Source: an uncultured Fibrobacteraceae bacterium (lineage in GTDB: Bacteria > Krumholzibacteriota > Krumholzibacteriia > LZORAL124-64-63). From it: 64,000 nucleotides of DNA. Positions 9,566 through 19,499 of this stretch are shown here, piece after piece. Location of the stretch: positions 84,614 through 148,613 of the forward strand of contig CAZWYF010000002.1 in the NCBI GenBank assembly GCA_964637835.1, in the 5' to 3' direction. The notes under the pieces are model-generated. The model searched no databases. It was not told where the DNA came from and worked only from the letters and a program-made list of their open reading frames with translations. Both the position numbers and the translations under genes were made by a program. How positions within the stretch are numbered: position 1 is the first letter of the stretch; each line of letters starts with the position of its first letter.

Positions 9566-10147
9566 ATGGCTGCTGAGATGGTCGAGATCCGCTGGCATGC
9601 GCGCGGCGGCCAGGGCGCCAAGACCGCGGCCATGTTCGTGGCCCAGGCCGTGCTCGTGAAGGGCAAGTACGGCCAGGGATTCCCCGAGTACGGGCCCGAG
9701 CGGCGCGGCGCGCCCATGCGCGGCTTCACCCGCATCGCCGATGCGCCCATCCGCCGGCACTGCGGCATCGAGAACCCCGGGATCGTGATCGTGCTCGACC
9801 CCACGCTGCTGGACTCCCCGGCGGCCGGCGTCACCGCCGGTACCGACAAGGACACGGTGTTCCTGATCAACACCACGCTCTCGCCCGCGGAGATCAAGAA
9901 GAAGCTGAACGTGCCGGGCGCCCAGATCTACACCGTGGACGCCACCCGCATCGCCCTCGAGGCGTTCGGCAAGCCCATTCCGAACATGCCCATGACCGGC
10001 GCGCTGATCGCGGCCCGGCCCATCCTCGAGCTGGATGAGCTGAAGGCGGCCATGCAGGAGAAGTTCAGCGAGAAGTTCTCCCAGGCCGTGGTCGACGGGA
10101 ACCTGCGCGCGGTCGAGACCGCATACAACGAGGTGGTGAGCGAATGA
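9566..10147 (+). CDS. porC: Pyruvate/2-oxoacid:ferredoxin oxidoreductase, gamma subunit
   Basis: 'RWHARGGQGAKTAAMFVAQA' gamma-subunit signature. RBS AAGGAAGG. First gene of a 4-gene gamma-delta-alpha-beta cluster with overlapping or tight junctions. Confidence 0.85.
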   Translation: MAAEMVEIRWHARGGQGAKTAAMFVAQAVLVKGKYGQGFPEYGPERRGAPMRGFTRIADAPIRRHCGIENPGIVIVLDPTLLDSPAAGVTAGTDKDTVFLINTTLSPAEIKKKLNVPGAQIYTVDATRIALEAFGKPIPNMPMTGALIAARPILELDELKAAMQEKFSEKFSQAVVDGNLRAVETAYNEVVSE

Positions 10148-10452
10148 GTTTCAAGCCTACCAGGGACCTCGCCGAGGCCGGGATCATCACCGAGGCCGGC
10201 AACGCCGCGGACTTCAAGACCGGCGACTGGCGCACCTACGTGCCGGAGTTCTACTCGGAGAACTGCATCCAGTGCATGTTCTGCTGGGTCTACTGCCCCG
10301 ACGCCGCCATCAAGGTGGACCTCAGCGGCGAGAAGCCGCAGGTGGTCGGGATCGATCTGGAGCACTGCAAGGGCTGCGGCATCTGCGCCCACGAGTGCCC
10401 GCCCGCCAAGAAGGGCAAGGCCGCCCTGGTCATGGTCCGCGAAGAGAAGTAA
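10144..10452 (+). CDS. porD: 2-oxoacid:ferredoxin oxidoreductase delta subunit (2x[4Fe-4S] ferredoxin)
   Basis: Two CxxCxxCxxxCP motifs ('CIQCMFCWVYCP', 'CKGCGICAHECP'). ATGA overlap with porC. Confidence 0.85.
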   Translation: MSFKPTRDLAEAGIITEAGNAADFKTGDWRTYVPEFYSENCIQCMFCWVYCPDAAIKVDLSGEKPQVVGIDLEHCKGCGICAHECPPAKKGKAALVMVREEK

Positions 10453-10465
10453 GGAGGCGAGGACG

Positions 10466-11659
10466 ATGAGCAAGATCGCACCGCAGGAACTCACTGCGCT
10501 GAGCGGGAACGAGGCCGTCGCCTATGCCTTCCGGCAGACGCGGCCCCACGTGGCCTCGGCCTTCCCCATCACGCCGCAGACCGAGATGATGCACAAGTAC
10601 GCCGAGTTCGTGGCCAACGGCGAGGTGGACACCGAGATGATCCTCGTCGAGAGCGAGCACTCGGCCATGTCCGCCGCCGTCGGCTCGGCCGCCGCCGGCG
10701 CCCGCACGATCACCGCCACCAGCTCGGCCGGGTTCGCGCTGATGTGGGAGATCGTCTACATCGCCGCCTCGCTGCGGCTGCCCATCCAGATGGCCCTGGT
10801 CAACCGGGCGCTGTCGGGCAACATCAACATCCACTGCGACCACAGCGATTCCATGGGCGGCCGCGACGCCGGCTGGATCCACCACTTCTGCGAGAACGCG
10901 CAGGAGGCCTACGACAGCTCGCTGATCAACTTCCGTATCGGCGAGCACATGGACGTCCGCCTGCCGGCGATGGTGAACTACGACGGCTTCATCATCTCCC
11001 ACAAGGAAGACGCCCTGCACATGCTGAGCGACGATGCGGCCTACGACTTCGTGGGCCCCTACAAGCACAAGTACACGCTGCTCGACCCGGCCAGCCCCAT
11101 CACCGTGGGCCCGCTGGACCTGACCGACTACTACTTCGAGCACAAGTTCAGCCAGCTCGAGGCGTATCCCCGCGTCTTCGACGTGGCCCAGCAGGTCTTC
11201 GACGAGTACGCCGACCTCACCGGCCGCCGCTATGGCTTCTGGGAGAGCTACAAGCTCGACGATGCCGACCTGGTCATGGTGATCCTCGGTTCCAGCGCGG
11301 GCACCGCCAAGGACGTGATCGACGAGTACCGCGAGAAGGGCGTCAAGGTGGGCCTGCTGAAGCTGCGCATGTTCCGCCCCTTCCCGGCCGAGATGCTGCG
11401 CCCGGTGCTCGAGGGTCGCAAGGCCGTCGCCGTCCTGGACCGTTCGGCCAGCTTCGGTGGCTGGGGCGGGCCCGTGTTCAACGAGATCCGCAGCGCCCTC
11501 TACGGCACCAGCAACCCGTCGCCGGTGCACAACTGGATCTACGGCCTGGGTGGCCGCGACTTCGACCTCAAGCACGCGGCCGAGGTGATCGACGCGATGC
11601 AGAAGATCGCCGCCGGCAAGAAGGTCGACACCCTCAACCTGCTCGGCTGCCGGGCGTAG
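10466..11659 (+). CDS. porA: 2-oxoacid:ferredoxin oxidoreductase alpha subunit
   Basis: Typical PorA N-terminus 'LSGNEAVAYAFRQTRPHVASAFPITPQTEMM'. Positioned third in the operon. Confidence 0.85.
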   Translation: MSKIAPQELTALSGNEAVAYAFRQTRPHVASAFPITPQTEMMHKYAEFVANGEVDTEMILVESEHSAMSAAVGSAAAGARTITATSSAGFALMWEIVYIAASLRLPIQMALVNRALSGNINIHCDHSDSMGGRDAGWIHHFCENAQEAYDSSLINFRIGEHMDVRLPAMVNYDGFIISHKEDALHMLSDDAAYDFVGPYKHKYTLLDPASPITVGPLDLTDYYFEHKFSQLEAYPRVFDVAQQVFDEYADLTGRRYGFWESYKLDDADLVMVILGSSAGTAKDVIDEYREKGVKVGLLKLRMFRPFPAEMLRPVLEGRKAVAVLDRSASFGGWGGPVFNEIRSALYGTSNPSPVHNWIYGLGGRDFDLKHAAEVIDAMQKIAAGKKVDTLNLLGCRA

Positions 11660-11673
11660 CGAAGGAGGACGAC

Positions 11674-12627
11674 ATGGCCACGAGCCTCAAGGACCTCGTC
11701 CAGAACGAAGACCTCCTCGTCGGAGGGCACCGCGCCTGCGCCGGCTGCATGGGGGCGACCATCCTGCGCCAGATCATGCTGGTCGCGGGCAAGAACACCG
11801 TGGTCGGCGGGGCCACCGGTTGCATGGAGGTGGTCACCACCATCTTCCCGTACACCGCCTGGAAGACCTCGTTCATCCACAGCGCGTTCGAGAACTCGGC
11901 GGCCACGGTCAGCGGCGTGGAGACCGCCTACCGTGCCCTCAAGAAGCGGGGCGATCTGCCGGAGGCGGCCGACCAGGCCGACGGCATGAACTTCATCGCC
12001 TTCGGCGGCGACGGCGGCACCTACGACATCGGCCTGCAGTCGCTGTCCGGGGCCTTCGAGCGCGGGCACGACATGGTGTACGTCTGCTACGACAACAACG
12101 CGTACATGAACACCGGCATCCAGCGCTCCAGCGCCACGCCGTTCGGCGCCCATACCTCCACCGCGCCCGCGGGCAAGGTGAAGCAGGGCAAGGAGCAGGA
12201 GCGCAAGGACCTGACCCGCATCATGGCCGCGCACAACATCCCGTACGTGGGCCAGACCACGCCCTTCCACTGGAAGGACATGGCCACCAAGGTGCAGAAG
12301 GCGCTGAGCTGCGACGGCCCGGCGTTCCTCAACATCCTGATGCCCTGCACCGTGGGCTGGGGCTTCGCGCCGGAGCTGGGCGCCGAGGTGGCCAAGCAGG
12401 CGGTGGAGACCAACTTCTGGCCGCTGTTCGAGATCGAGAACGGCAAGTACACCATCAACAAGAAGCCCAAGGACCCGACGCCCATCGTCGAGTGGCTCGA
12501 GCCGCAGGCGCGGTTCCGCCACCTCTTCAGGCCGGGCAACGAGCCCATGCTCGAGCACGCCCAGCAGTGGGTGGATGCGCAGTGGGAGAAGCTGCTGCGC
12601 GACGAGGCGGCCACGGCCGAACTCTAG
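11674..12627 (+). CDS. porB: 2-oxoacid:ferredoxin oxidoreductase beta subunit (TPP-binding)
   Basis: ATG 11674 with GAAGGAGGA RBS. 'HRACAGCMGATI' Cys cluster and 'GGDGGTYDIG' TPP motif. Sits within the longer, frame-shifted-looking ORF 10744-12627 in the track. Confidence 0.85.
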   Translation: MATSLKDLVQNEDLLVGGHRACAGCMGATILRQIMLVAGKNTVVGGATGCMEVVTTIFPYTAWKTSFIHSAFENSAATVSGVETAYRALKKRGDLPEAADQADGMNFIAFGGDGGTYDIGLQSLSGAFERGHDMVYVCYDNNAYMNTGIQRSSATPFGAHTSTAPAGKVKQGKEQERKDLTRIMAAHNIPYVGQTTPFHWKDMATKVQKALSCDGPAFLNILMPCTVGWGFAPELGAEVAKQAVETNFWPLFEIENGKYTINKKPKDPTPIVEWLEPQARFRHLFRPGNEPMLEHAQQWVDAQWEKLLRDEAATAEL

Positions 12628-12653
12628 GTCCGGCTGGCGCCCCAGGCGATCAC

Positions 12654-12687
12654 GAGCCCCCGGATGGCCACCGCCCTCCGGGGGCTC
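12654..12687 (+). terminator. GC-rich perfect hairpin after porB (terminator-like, no U tract)
   Basis: GAGCCCCCGGA-N12-TCCGGGGGCTC, an 11-bp perfect stem. Confidence 0.4.
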
Positions 12688-12830
12688 GGCGCGTCCGGTG
12701 GCGGGGGTGGCCCGACCCCGCGGCCACGGCACGGCGCCGCCGCAGCGGGTGGGGTTGCACACAGCCGATCACCCCGCTAGAGTCCCAGCGATGAGGTCGT
12801 TCTTCTCTTCCCGAGCAAAGGCAGGCAGCC

Positions 12831-14057
12831 ATGCCCCACCATGACCCCGTGAGCGCCCTGGTCCAGATCCGCCGCGAGTTCGGCGAGCACGGCGGCGTGG
12901 CGCCCTCCATCGAGCGCTCGAGCACCTTCACGGTGCTGGAGTCGGGCACCATGCCGGAGATCTTCGCCGGCCTCAAGGGCCCCGACCAGGGGGGCTGCTA
13001 CCTGTACAGCCGGCACTTCAATCCCACGGTGGACGTCCTGGCCCGGTCGCTGGCGGCCCTCGAGGGCACCGAGTGGGCCATCGGCACCGCCAGCGGCATC
13101 GCGGCCATCGCCACCACGCTGCTGCAGCTCTGCCACCAGGGCGCGCACATCGTGGCCAGCCACACCATCTACGGGGGCACCCACGCCCTGCTCGCGGAGA
13201 CCCTGCCGCAGATGGGGATCCAGACCACCTTCGTCGATCCCGACGACACCGAGGCCTTCCAGGCCGCCATCCGGCCGGAGACCCGGGTGCTCTACACCGA
13301 GGTGGTGGCCAATCCGACCCTGCGCGTCTCGGACATCCCGGCCCTGGCCCGGGTGGCGCGCGAGGCCAAGGTCAAGCTGGTGGTGGACAACACCTTCACG
13401 CCGGTGCTGGTCAGCCCCGCCGCCCTCGGCGCCGACGTGGTGGTCCACTCCCTGACCAAGTTCATCAACGGCGCCAGCGACGTGGTCGCTGGCGCGGTCT
13501 GCGCCAGCCGGGCCTTCATCGAGGAACTGATGGATCTGCACACGGGACGGATCATGCTGCTGGGGCCCACCATGGATCCGCGGACGGCCTATGACGTCTA
13601 CCAGCGCCTGCCCCACCTGCCGCTGCGCATGCAGGAGCACGGGCGCCGGGCCCTGGCCATCGCGGTGCGGCTGCAGGAGCTGGGCGCGCCGGTGGGCTAT
13701 CCGGGATTGCCGGACCATCCGGGCCACGGGCGGCTGAACGGCATGCTCAACGATCCCGACCTCGGCCATGGCGGCGTGATCACCCTCGATTGCGGGACCC
13801 GCGAGCGCGCGGAGGCCCTCATGGATCACCTGCAGCACCAGGAACGGTTCGGGTACATCGCCGTGTCGCTGGGCTACTTCGACACGCTGATGTCGTGCTC
13901 GGGGTCGTCCACCAGCTCGGAGATCTCCGCCGAGGAGCAGCAGCGCATGGGGCTGAGCCCGGGCCTGCTGCGGATCTCGGTGGGCATCACCGGGCGGCTG
14001 GAGGACCGTGTGGAGGAGATCACGCGGGCGGTGCGGGCCGTGGGCCTGGTGGCTTGA
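12831..14057 (+). CDS. PLP-dependent Cys/Met-metabolism enzyme (methionine gamma-lyase / cystathionine gamma-synthase family)
   Basis: PLP lysine motif 'HSLTKFINGASDVVAG'. Fold-type I trans-sulfuration family pattern throughout. Confidence 0.8.
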   Translation: MPHHDPVSALVQIRREFGEHGGVAPSIERSSTFTVLESGTMPEIFAGLKGPDQGGCYLYSRHFNPTVDVLARSLAALEGTEWAIGTASGIAAIATTLLQLCHQGAHIVASHTIYGGTHALLAETLPQMGIQTTFVDPDDTEAFQAAIRPETRVLYTEVVANPTLRVSDIPALARVAREAKVKLVVDNTFTPVLVSPAALGADVVVHSLTKFINGASDVVAGAVCASRAFIEELMDLHTGRIMLLGPTMDPRTAYDVYQRLPHLPLRMQEHGRRALAIAVRLQELGAPVGYPGLPDHPGHGRLNGMLNDPDLGHGGVITLDCGTRERAEALMDHLQHQERFGYIAVSLGYFDTLMSCSGSSTSSEISAEEQQRMGLSPGLLRISVGITGRLEDRVEEITRAVRAVGLVA

Positions 14058-14088
14058 CGGCCGGTCACGACGTCGTCACAACCCGGCT

Positions 14089-14118
14089 TGACGACGGTTG
14101 CGGGTTCGTTCTAATCTG
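14089..14118 (+). promoter_or_regulatory. Candidate sigma-70-like promoter TTGACG-N18-TAATCT upstream of the starch-binding lipoprotein, overlapping an inverted repeat
   Basis: TTGACG at 14089-94 and TAATCT at 14113-18. Imperfect inverted repeat TGACGACGG / CCGTCGTTGA spans the element. Lies in a locally AT-richer island. Confidence 0.35.
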
Positions 14119-14204
14119 CCGTCGTTGATACCGACAGTCAGCCACCCTGGTCGACCAGGCCGGCGCCGGCCGCTGGTCGAGGACCTGGAACCAAGGAGAA
14201 AGCG

Positions 14205-15221
14205 ATGAAGAAGCTCGCGCTGCTCACGCTGGCCCTGCCCGTGCTCGGCCTGGTGTTCGCCTGCACCGACGCCGGGGATCCGTACATCCCGGAGGGCGGG
14301 AACGGCGGACCGACGACCGCGGACGTGACCGTCGAGGTCATGGACATGGTGGGCGACTGGGACAACCTGCACGTCAACGGGGAGCTGACCGGAGACTCGC
14401 CGGTGGCCATGACCCAGGACGGCATCATCTGGACCGCCACCATCACCGGCGTGGAGCCCGGCACCTACGCCTACGCCATCGTCCACGATGACGGCACCAA
14501 GGCCCTGGTGGAGGTGATCTCCGGCCTGAGCGTCACCGTCACCGAGGGCGGCGAGGTCACCGGCGACCAGGAACTCGACCTCGAGCCCGCCGCCGGCACC
14601 GGCTTCAACCTCGTGGTCATCAACCACAACCCGGCCTACGACAACATCAAGATCAAGGGCTCCTATGACGGCTGGGCCACCACCGAGCGCACCGGCATGA
14701 GCGAGGACGGCATGTACGTCTATCGCCACATCGAGGCCGGCCTCGACGCTGGGACCTACGAATGGGGCGTGATCCAGGACGATGGCAGCGACAACGGTAT
14801 CTGGCTGCTGCCGGGAGACAACCTGCAGTTCGACGTGGCGGCCGACGGCTCGGTCAGCGGCACCACCACCTTCGAGATCCCCTCGCCGCAGCCGGTCACC
14901 ACGCTGACGCTGAGCTGCGACATGAACGAATACGGTGGTGGCAGCTTCACCACCTGCCAGGTCCGCGGCAGCTTCAATGGCTGGTCCGATGCCCCCACCG
15001 CGCTGTCCGACGCGGACGAGGATGGCATCTGGACCGTGGAGCTCGAGGTCGAGCAGAACCAGACGATCGACTTCAAGTTCCTGCTCGACGGGGCCACCTA
15101 CGAGTCGGTGCCTGCCGCGTGTGGCGTCGACGACGACTTCGGCGGCTACAACCGCCAGGTGGAGATCGCCACCGAGCCGGTGACCTACTCCACGCCGTGG
15201 GAAGGCTGCCCGGGCGACTGA
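14205..15221 (+). CDS. Lipoprotein with three starch-binding-like (CBM20/CBM48-type) beta-sandwich repeats
   Basis: Lipobox 'LGLVFAC'. Three repeats with the 'GS(Y/F)(D/N)GW...(D/E)G.(Y/W)...F.(F/I).DG' pattern typical of CBM48/CBM20/AMPK-beta glycogen-binding domains. RBS AAGGAGAAAG. Confidence 0.6.
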   Translation: MKKLALLTLALPVLGLVFACTDAGDPYIPEGGNGGPTTADVTVEVMDMVGDWDNLHVNGELTGDSPVAMTQDGIIWTATITGVEPGTYAYAIVHDDGTKALVEVISGLSVTVTEGGEVTGDQELDLEPAAGTGFNLVVINHNPAYDNIKIKGSYDGWATTERTGMSEDGMYVYRHIEAGLDAGTYEWGVIQDDGSDNGIWLLPGDNLQFDVAADGSVSGTTTFEIPSPQPVTTLTLSCDMNEYGGGSFTTCQVRGSFNGWSDAPTALSDADEDGIWTVELEVEQNQTIDFKFLLDGATYESVPAACGVDDDFGGYNRQVEIATEPVTYSTPWEGCPGD

Positions 15222-15240
15222 GCTTCGATGCATCGATCGG

Positions 15241-15274
15241 AGAGGGCGGCCCCGGGCACGGGGTCGCCCTCTTT
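15241..15274 (+). terminator. Hairpin after the CBM lipoprotein gene
   Basis: AGAGGGCG-(gccccgggcacggggt)-CGCCCTCT followed by TT. The palindrome TCGATGCATCGA lies just upstream. Confidence 0.4.
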
Positions 15275-15354
15275 CGCACCAAGGCTATCATGTCCACAGA
15301 GACCCGACACCCGCGCCGCCACCACGGCCACGACCCGTCGCTGGAGGTTCTCCC

Positions 15355-18300
15355 ATGCGCAAGCTCGGCTTGCTCCTCGGCGTCCTCGCCCTGATCCTGC
15401 CGGCCCTGCCGGCCCTGGCGCAGAGCGACGCCACGCTGACCATCCACTATTTCCGATTCGATGACGACTACCTCGGCTGGGGCCTGCACCTCTGGAACGC
15501 CGTCGAGGAGGACGGCGGCACCTTCATCATCGAGGGCCAGAGCTACGACTGGCAGAACCCCCTGCCGCCCACCGGTTCGGACGACTACGGCGTCTACTGG
15601 GAGGTGCCCATCGCCTACCCCGAGAACGAGCTGGGGTTCATCATCCACAACGGCGACGTCAAGGACCCCGGCCCGGACCAGTTCTGGAGCGACTACGAGG
15701 CGCACCCGGAGATCTGGATCCTCTCGGGCTACACCCAGATCTTCACCGAGCCGCCCAACCCGGACGTGCGCCTGATGTCGGCGACCAGCGATGGCGAGGA
15801 CACCATCACCCTGACCCTCGGCCGCGACGCCGATCAACTCGACGCGTTCAGCGTCCTGAAGGACGGCACGCCGGTGACCGTGACTTCCCGCACCGTCACG
15901 ACACCGCGCACGGTGCTGCTGGAGCTCGCCGAGCCCATCGACATCACCGTCCTCTACGAGGTGGCCGACTCGGTGGGCGAGAACCAGGTGGCCGTCCTGC
16001 ACGAGTTCGACGACGCCGAGTGGGCCTACGACGGCGAGGACCTCGGCTTCACCTACTCGCCCACCGAGACCACCTTCAAGCTCTGGAGCCCGGTGGCCTC
16101 GGCCGCCACCGTCCACATCTACGACAGCCCGTTCCCGGTGGACGGCGAGCCGGTGGACAGCCACCAGCTCATCCGCTCGTTCACCGATCCGGGGGTCATG
16201 GAGGTCACCGTCGCGGGGGACCACAAGGACCGCTACTACCTCTACGAGATGTCCGTCTACGGCGAGACCTACCTCACGCCGGACCTGTACTCCATCGCCA
16301 TGAGCGGCAACAGCCAGCGGTCGCAGATCATCGACCTGGACGAGACCGACCCCGCCGGCTGGGATCAGGACCAGTGGCCGGACTTCCCGGTGACCGACTC
16401 GGTGGTCTGGGAGGTCCACGTCCGCGACCTGACGGCCGCGCCGACCTGGAACGGCAGCGAGGACAACCGTCACCTGTTCCTGGGCGTGGTCGAGCCCGGC
16501 ACCAGCCACGAGGGCGAGCCCACGGGCTTCGACCACATCCTGGATCTGGGCGTCAACACCGTGCAGATCCTGCCCATGTACGATTTCACCTCGGTCAACG
16601 AGTACGATCCCCAGAGCCGCAACTGGGGCTACGACCCCTACGCCTACAACGTCCCGGAGGGCAGCTACTCCTCCGATCCGGACGACGGCAAGGTGCGCAT
16701 CCGCGAGATGAAGCAGATGATCCAGGCCTTCCACGAGGCCGGCATCAAGGTGGTCATGGACGTGGTCTACAACCACACCCACAACGTGGGCCCGCAGGGG
16801 TCGCTCTACGACGCCATGGTGCCCAGGTACTACTACCGCCTCGAGCCGGACGGCAGCTACAGCAACGGCTCGGGCGTGGGCAACGAGGTGGCCACCGAGA
16901 AGCTCATGGCTCGGAACTTCATCCTGCAGAGCGTGAAGTACTGGGTGCAGGAGTACCGCGTCGATGGCTTCCGCTTCGACCTGATGGGCCTGATCGATAC
17001 CGACCTGATGGCCACCATCACCGAGGAGGTCAAGGCCATCAACCCGCACGCCATCATCTATGGCGAGCCCTGGGGCGGCTACGGCGCCGACATCCTCACC
17101 GGCAAGGGCGACCAGCGGGGCCTGGGCTTCGGCTGCTTCAACGACAACGTCCGCAACGCCATCCGCGGTTCCACCGATGGCACCGATCCCGGCTACGCCA
17201 TGGGCATCGAGTCCGACCGGCCCGCCGTGCAGGATGGCCTCGAGGCCGCCATCGACGACTTCACCGACGGCCCCGAGGAGACCATCAACTACATCTCCGC
17301 CCACGACAACTACACCTGGTGGGACAAGCTGGACTGGCGCTGGAATCCCACCCTGCCGCCGCCCGGGCACTCCGAGGAGACGCTGATCCGCATGAACCGC
17401 TTCGGCATCAGCATGGTGCTGCTCGGCCAGGGCATCCCCTTCATCCACGCCGGCAGCGAGTTCCTGCGCACCAAGCGCGTGGGCGATCCCGACGACCCGA
17501 GCAACGACGAGGAGTCCATCCGTAACAGCTACAACGCCGGCGACGACGTCAACCAGCTCGACTGGGCGCGCCGCGTGCAGTACGACGACGTGGTGGAATA
17601 CTACCAGGGGCTGGTCGCCCTGCGCCTGGCCCGGCCGGAGTTCCGGCTGACCACGCAGGCGCAGATCGAGGCCAACCAGACCTTCCTGACCGGCCTCGAC
17701 GGCGGCGCCATCGCCTACACCCTGGCCGACGTCACGCCGGACGACGACTGGGGCGAGATCCTGGTGATCCACAATCCGAGCGACCAGGAGGTCATGGTCC
17801 CGCTGCCGGCCGGCCAGTGGGCCGCGGTGGTGGACCCGCAGACCGCCGGCACGAGCGTGCTCGCGAGCCACGTCAGCCCGGCGGCCGATCCGCTGGACCT
17901 GCCGGCGCCGCCGCGGGGGACCATGGTGCTCTACCAGGAGGCCGCGCCGGATCTGCAGCTCAACCTCTTCCAGAACCCGGTGCTGGACCGGTACCTGACC
18001 GTCGCGGTCAATGCCCTGGACACCACCATCGTGCACGCCGACGTGGTGATCAACGGCGAGGACCTGCTCCTCGAGCAGATCACCCCGGGCAGCTGGCTGG
18101 GCCGCTACACGCTGAGCGAGTCCGGCGAGCTGGTGATCACCGTGGCGGCCGGCGATCTGGTGCTCACGCGGACGGTGTCGGCCTGGGATCTCAGCGGTGG
18201 CGCCAGCTTCACCTCCCGGGACGGCGTCCTGGCGGTGGACGTGCCCGCGGGCGCCCGGCCGGGCGGCTGGCTGGTGCTGGCCGACCGCGCGGGGCGGCCC

Positions 18301-18807
18301 GACCTGCCCCGTGGCACCTGGCTGCTGGGGGCGCCGCAGGCCCGCCTGCTCGCGCCCGCCGTCCTGCGGGCGCAGCCGCCGGAGCCTGGCCAGGTCTTCC
18401 AGCTCTTCCGTGACGGCGCCTGGTCCGCCCTGCCCACCACCGTGGCGGAGGATGGCACCCTCGAGGCGCACACGGCCGAGCTGGGCCTGATCCGCCTGGC
18501 GCCGGGGCAGGCCGTGCCGGTGGCCACGCGGCTGCTGGGCAACGCTCCCAATCCCTTCAACCCGCAGACCAGCATCCGCTTCGCGCTCGCCGCCGCCGAC
18601 GCCGGCGACCGCGTGCGCCTGCGCGTCTACGACGTGCGCGGCAAGCTGGTCCGCACCCTGGTCGACGGCGCGCTGCCCGCGGGCGAGCACGCCATCGTCT
18701 GGGACGGTCGTGACGGCCAGGGCCGCGCCGCGGCCTCCGGCGTCTACCTCTATCGACTCGAGACCGGCCGGCAGGCGCTCAGCGGGCGCATGCTGATGCT
18801 GAAGTGA
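15355..18807 (+). CDS. Secreted type-I pullulanase (GH13_14) with N-terminal CBM and a T9SS type-A tail
   Basis: Signal peptide 'LGVLALILPALPALAQS'. Pullulanase signature 'RNWGYDPYAY'. GH13 regions 'VVMDVVYNHT', 'GFRFDLMGLI', 'YGEPWGG', 'YISAHDNYT'. Tail 'NPFNPQTSIRFAL...VRLRVYDVRGKLVRTL...GVYLYRL'. Confidence 0.9.
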   Translation: MRKLGLLLGVLALILPALPALAQSDATLTIHYFRFDDDYLGWGLHLWNAVEEDGGTFIIEGQSYDWQNPLPPTGSDDYGVYWEVPIAYPENELGFIIHNGDVKDPGPDQFWSDYEAHPEIWILSGYTQIFTEPPNPDVRLMSATSDGEDTITLTLGRDADQLDAFSVLKDGTPVTVTSRTVTTPRTVLLELAEPIDITVLYEVADSVGENQVAVLHEFDDAEWAYDGEDLGFTYSPTETTFKLWSPVASAATVHIYDSPFPVDGEPVDSHQLIRSFTDPGVMEVTVAGDHKDRYYLYEMSVYGETYLTPDLYSIAMSGNSQRSQIIDLDETDPAGWDQDQWPDFPVTDSVVWEVHVRDLTAAPTWNGSEDNRHLFLGVVEPGTSHEGEPTGFDHILDLGVNTVQILPMYDFTSVNEYDPQSRNWGYDPYAYNVPEGSYSSDPDDGKVRIREMKQMIQAFHEAGIKVVMDVVYNHTHNVGPQGSLYDAMVPRYYYRLEPDGSYSNGSGVGNEVATEKLMARNFILQSVKYWVQEYRVDGFRFDLMGLIDTDLMATITEEVKAINPHAIIYGEPWGGYGADILTGKGDQRGLGFGCFNDNVRNAIRGSTDGTDPGYAMGIESDRPAVQDGLEAAIDDFTDGPEETINYISAHDNYTWWDKLDWRWNPTLPPPGHSEETLIRMNRFGISMVLLGQGIPFIHAGSEFLRTKRVGDPDDPSNDEESIRNSYNAGDDVNQLDWARRVQYDDVVEYYQGLVALRLARPEFRLTTQAQIEANQTFLTGLDGGAIAYTLADVTPDDDWGEILVIHNPSDQEVMVPLPAGQWAAVVDPQTAGTSVLASHVSPAADPLDLPAPPRGTMVLYQEAAPDLQLNLFQNPVLDRYLTVAVNALDTTIVHADVVINGEDLLLEQITPGSWLGRYTLSESGELVITVAAGDLVLTRTVSAWDLSGGASFTSRDGVLAVDVPAGARPGGWLVLADRAGRPDLPRGTWLLGAPQARLLAPAVLRAQPPEPGQVFQLFRDGAWSALPTTVAEDGTLEAHTAELGLIRLAPGQAVPVATRLLGNAPNPFNPQTSIRFALAAADAGDRVRLRVYDVRGKLVRTLVDGALPAGEHAIVWDGRDGQGRAAASGVYLYRLETGRQALSGRMLMLK

Positions 18808-18818
18808 GGAGGTCGTCC

Positions 18819-19427
18819 ATGAAGACGCTCCGGATCCTCTCGCTGCTGATCCTGCCGCTGCTGGTGCTCGCCGGCTGTGGCGACGACGACGACACCGACC
18901 CGCCCACGCCGCCCAGCGACCAGGAGGTTCTCGCGGCCGGCTGGGACGCCTACGAGCAGGACGACCTCGCCGACGCGGAGGCGCAGTTCCGCGAGCTGCT
19001 CGGCCGGGGCGCGCTGCTCGCCAGGGCGCACGACGGGCTGGGCTGGGTCTTCGCCGCGCAGAGCGCGGCCGACTCCGCGCAGACCCACTTCGTGGCCGCG
19101 GTGACGGCCAACGGTGGCGCCGACGGCGCCCTCGACGAGCAGGCGTATGCCGGGCAGGCCCTCGCTCTCGACGCCCTGGGCGACTGGAACGGCGTGCTCA
19201 CCGCCGCCCTGGAGGTGCCCGAGGGCTGGACCTTCACCCATGATCCCACCATCGACCGCAACGACATCCACGTCCTGCAGGCGGTGGCCCACTACGCCCT
19301 CGGCGATTTCGGCGCCAGCCTGATCCAGGTCCAGATCTTCGACGCGAGCTTCGCACCCGATCTGCAGACCGTGGCGGGCCGCGCCGAACTGGCGGCCCGC
19401 ATCGAGGCGTTGCTACTCTCGGTGTAG
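18819..19427 (+). CDS. Small lipoprotein of unknown function in the starch locus
   Basis: GAGGAGG RBS then ATG 18819. Lipobox 'LVLAGC' followed by 'GDDDDTDPPTPP'. Helical, Ala/Leu-rich. Confidence 0.55.
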   Translation: MKTLRILSLLILPLLVLAGCGDDDDTDPPTPPSDQEVLAAGWDAYEQDDLADAEAQFRELLGRGALLARAHDGLGWVFAAQSAADSAQTHFVAAVTANGGADGALDEQAYAGQALALDALGDWNGVLTAALEVPEGWTFTHDPTIDRNDIHVLQAVAHYALGDFGASLIQVQIFDASFAPDLQTVAGRAELAARIEALLLSV

Positions 19428-19499
19428 CCGCGTCGACCGTCGTGGACGGGGGGCCTGCGGGCCCCCCATCGCGCCTGGCCACCATCCGGAGGCTCCTTC

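Noticed and set aside
15073-18690. 1205-aa minus-strand ORF antisense to the pullulanase gene
   Set aside because: Same reasoning: low-complexity composition. The plus-strand gene carries all GH13/pullulanase signature blocks.
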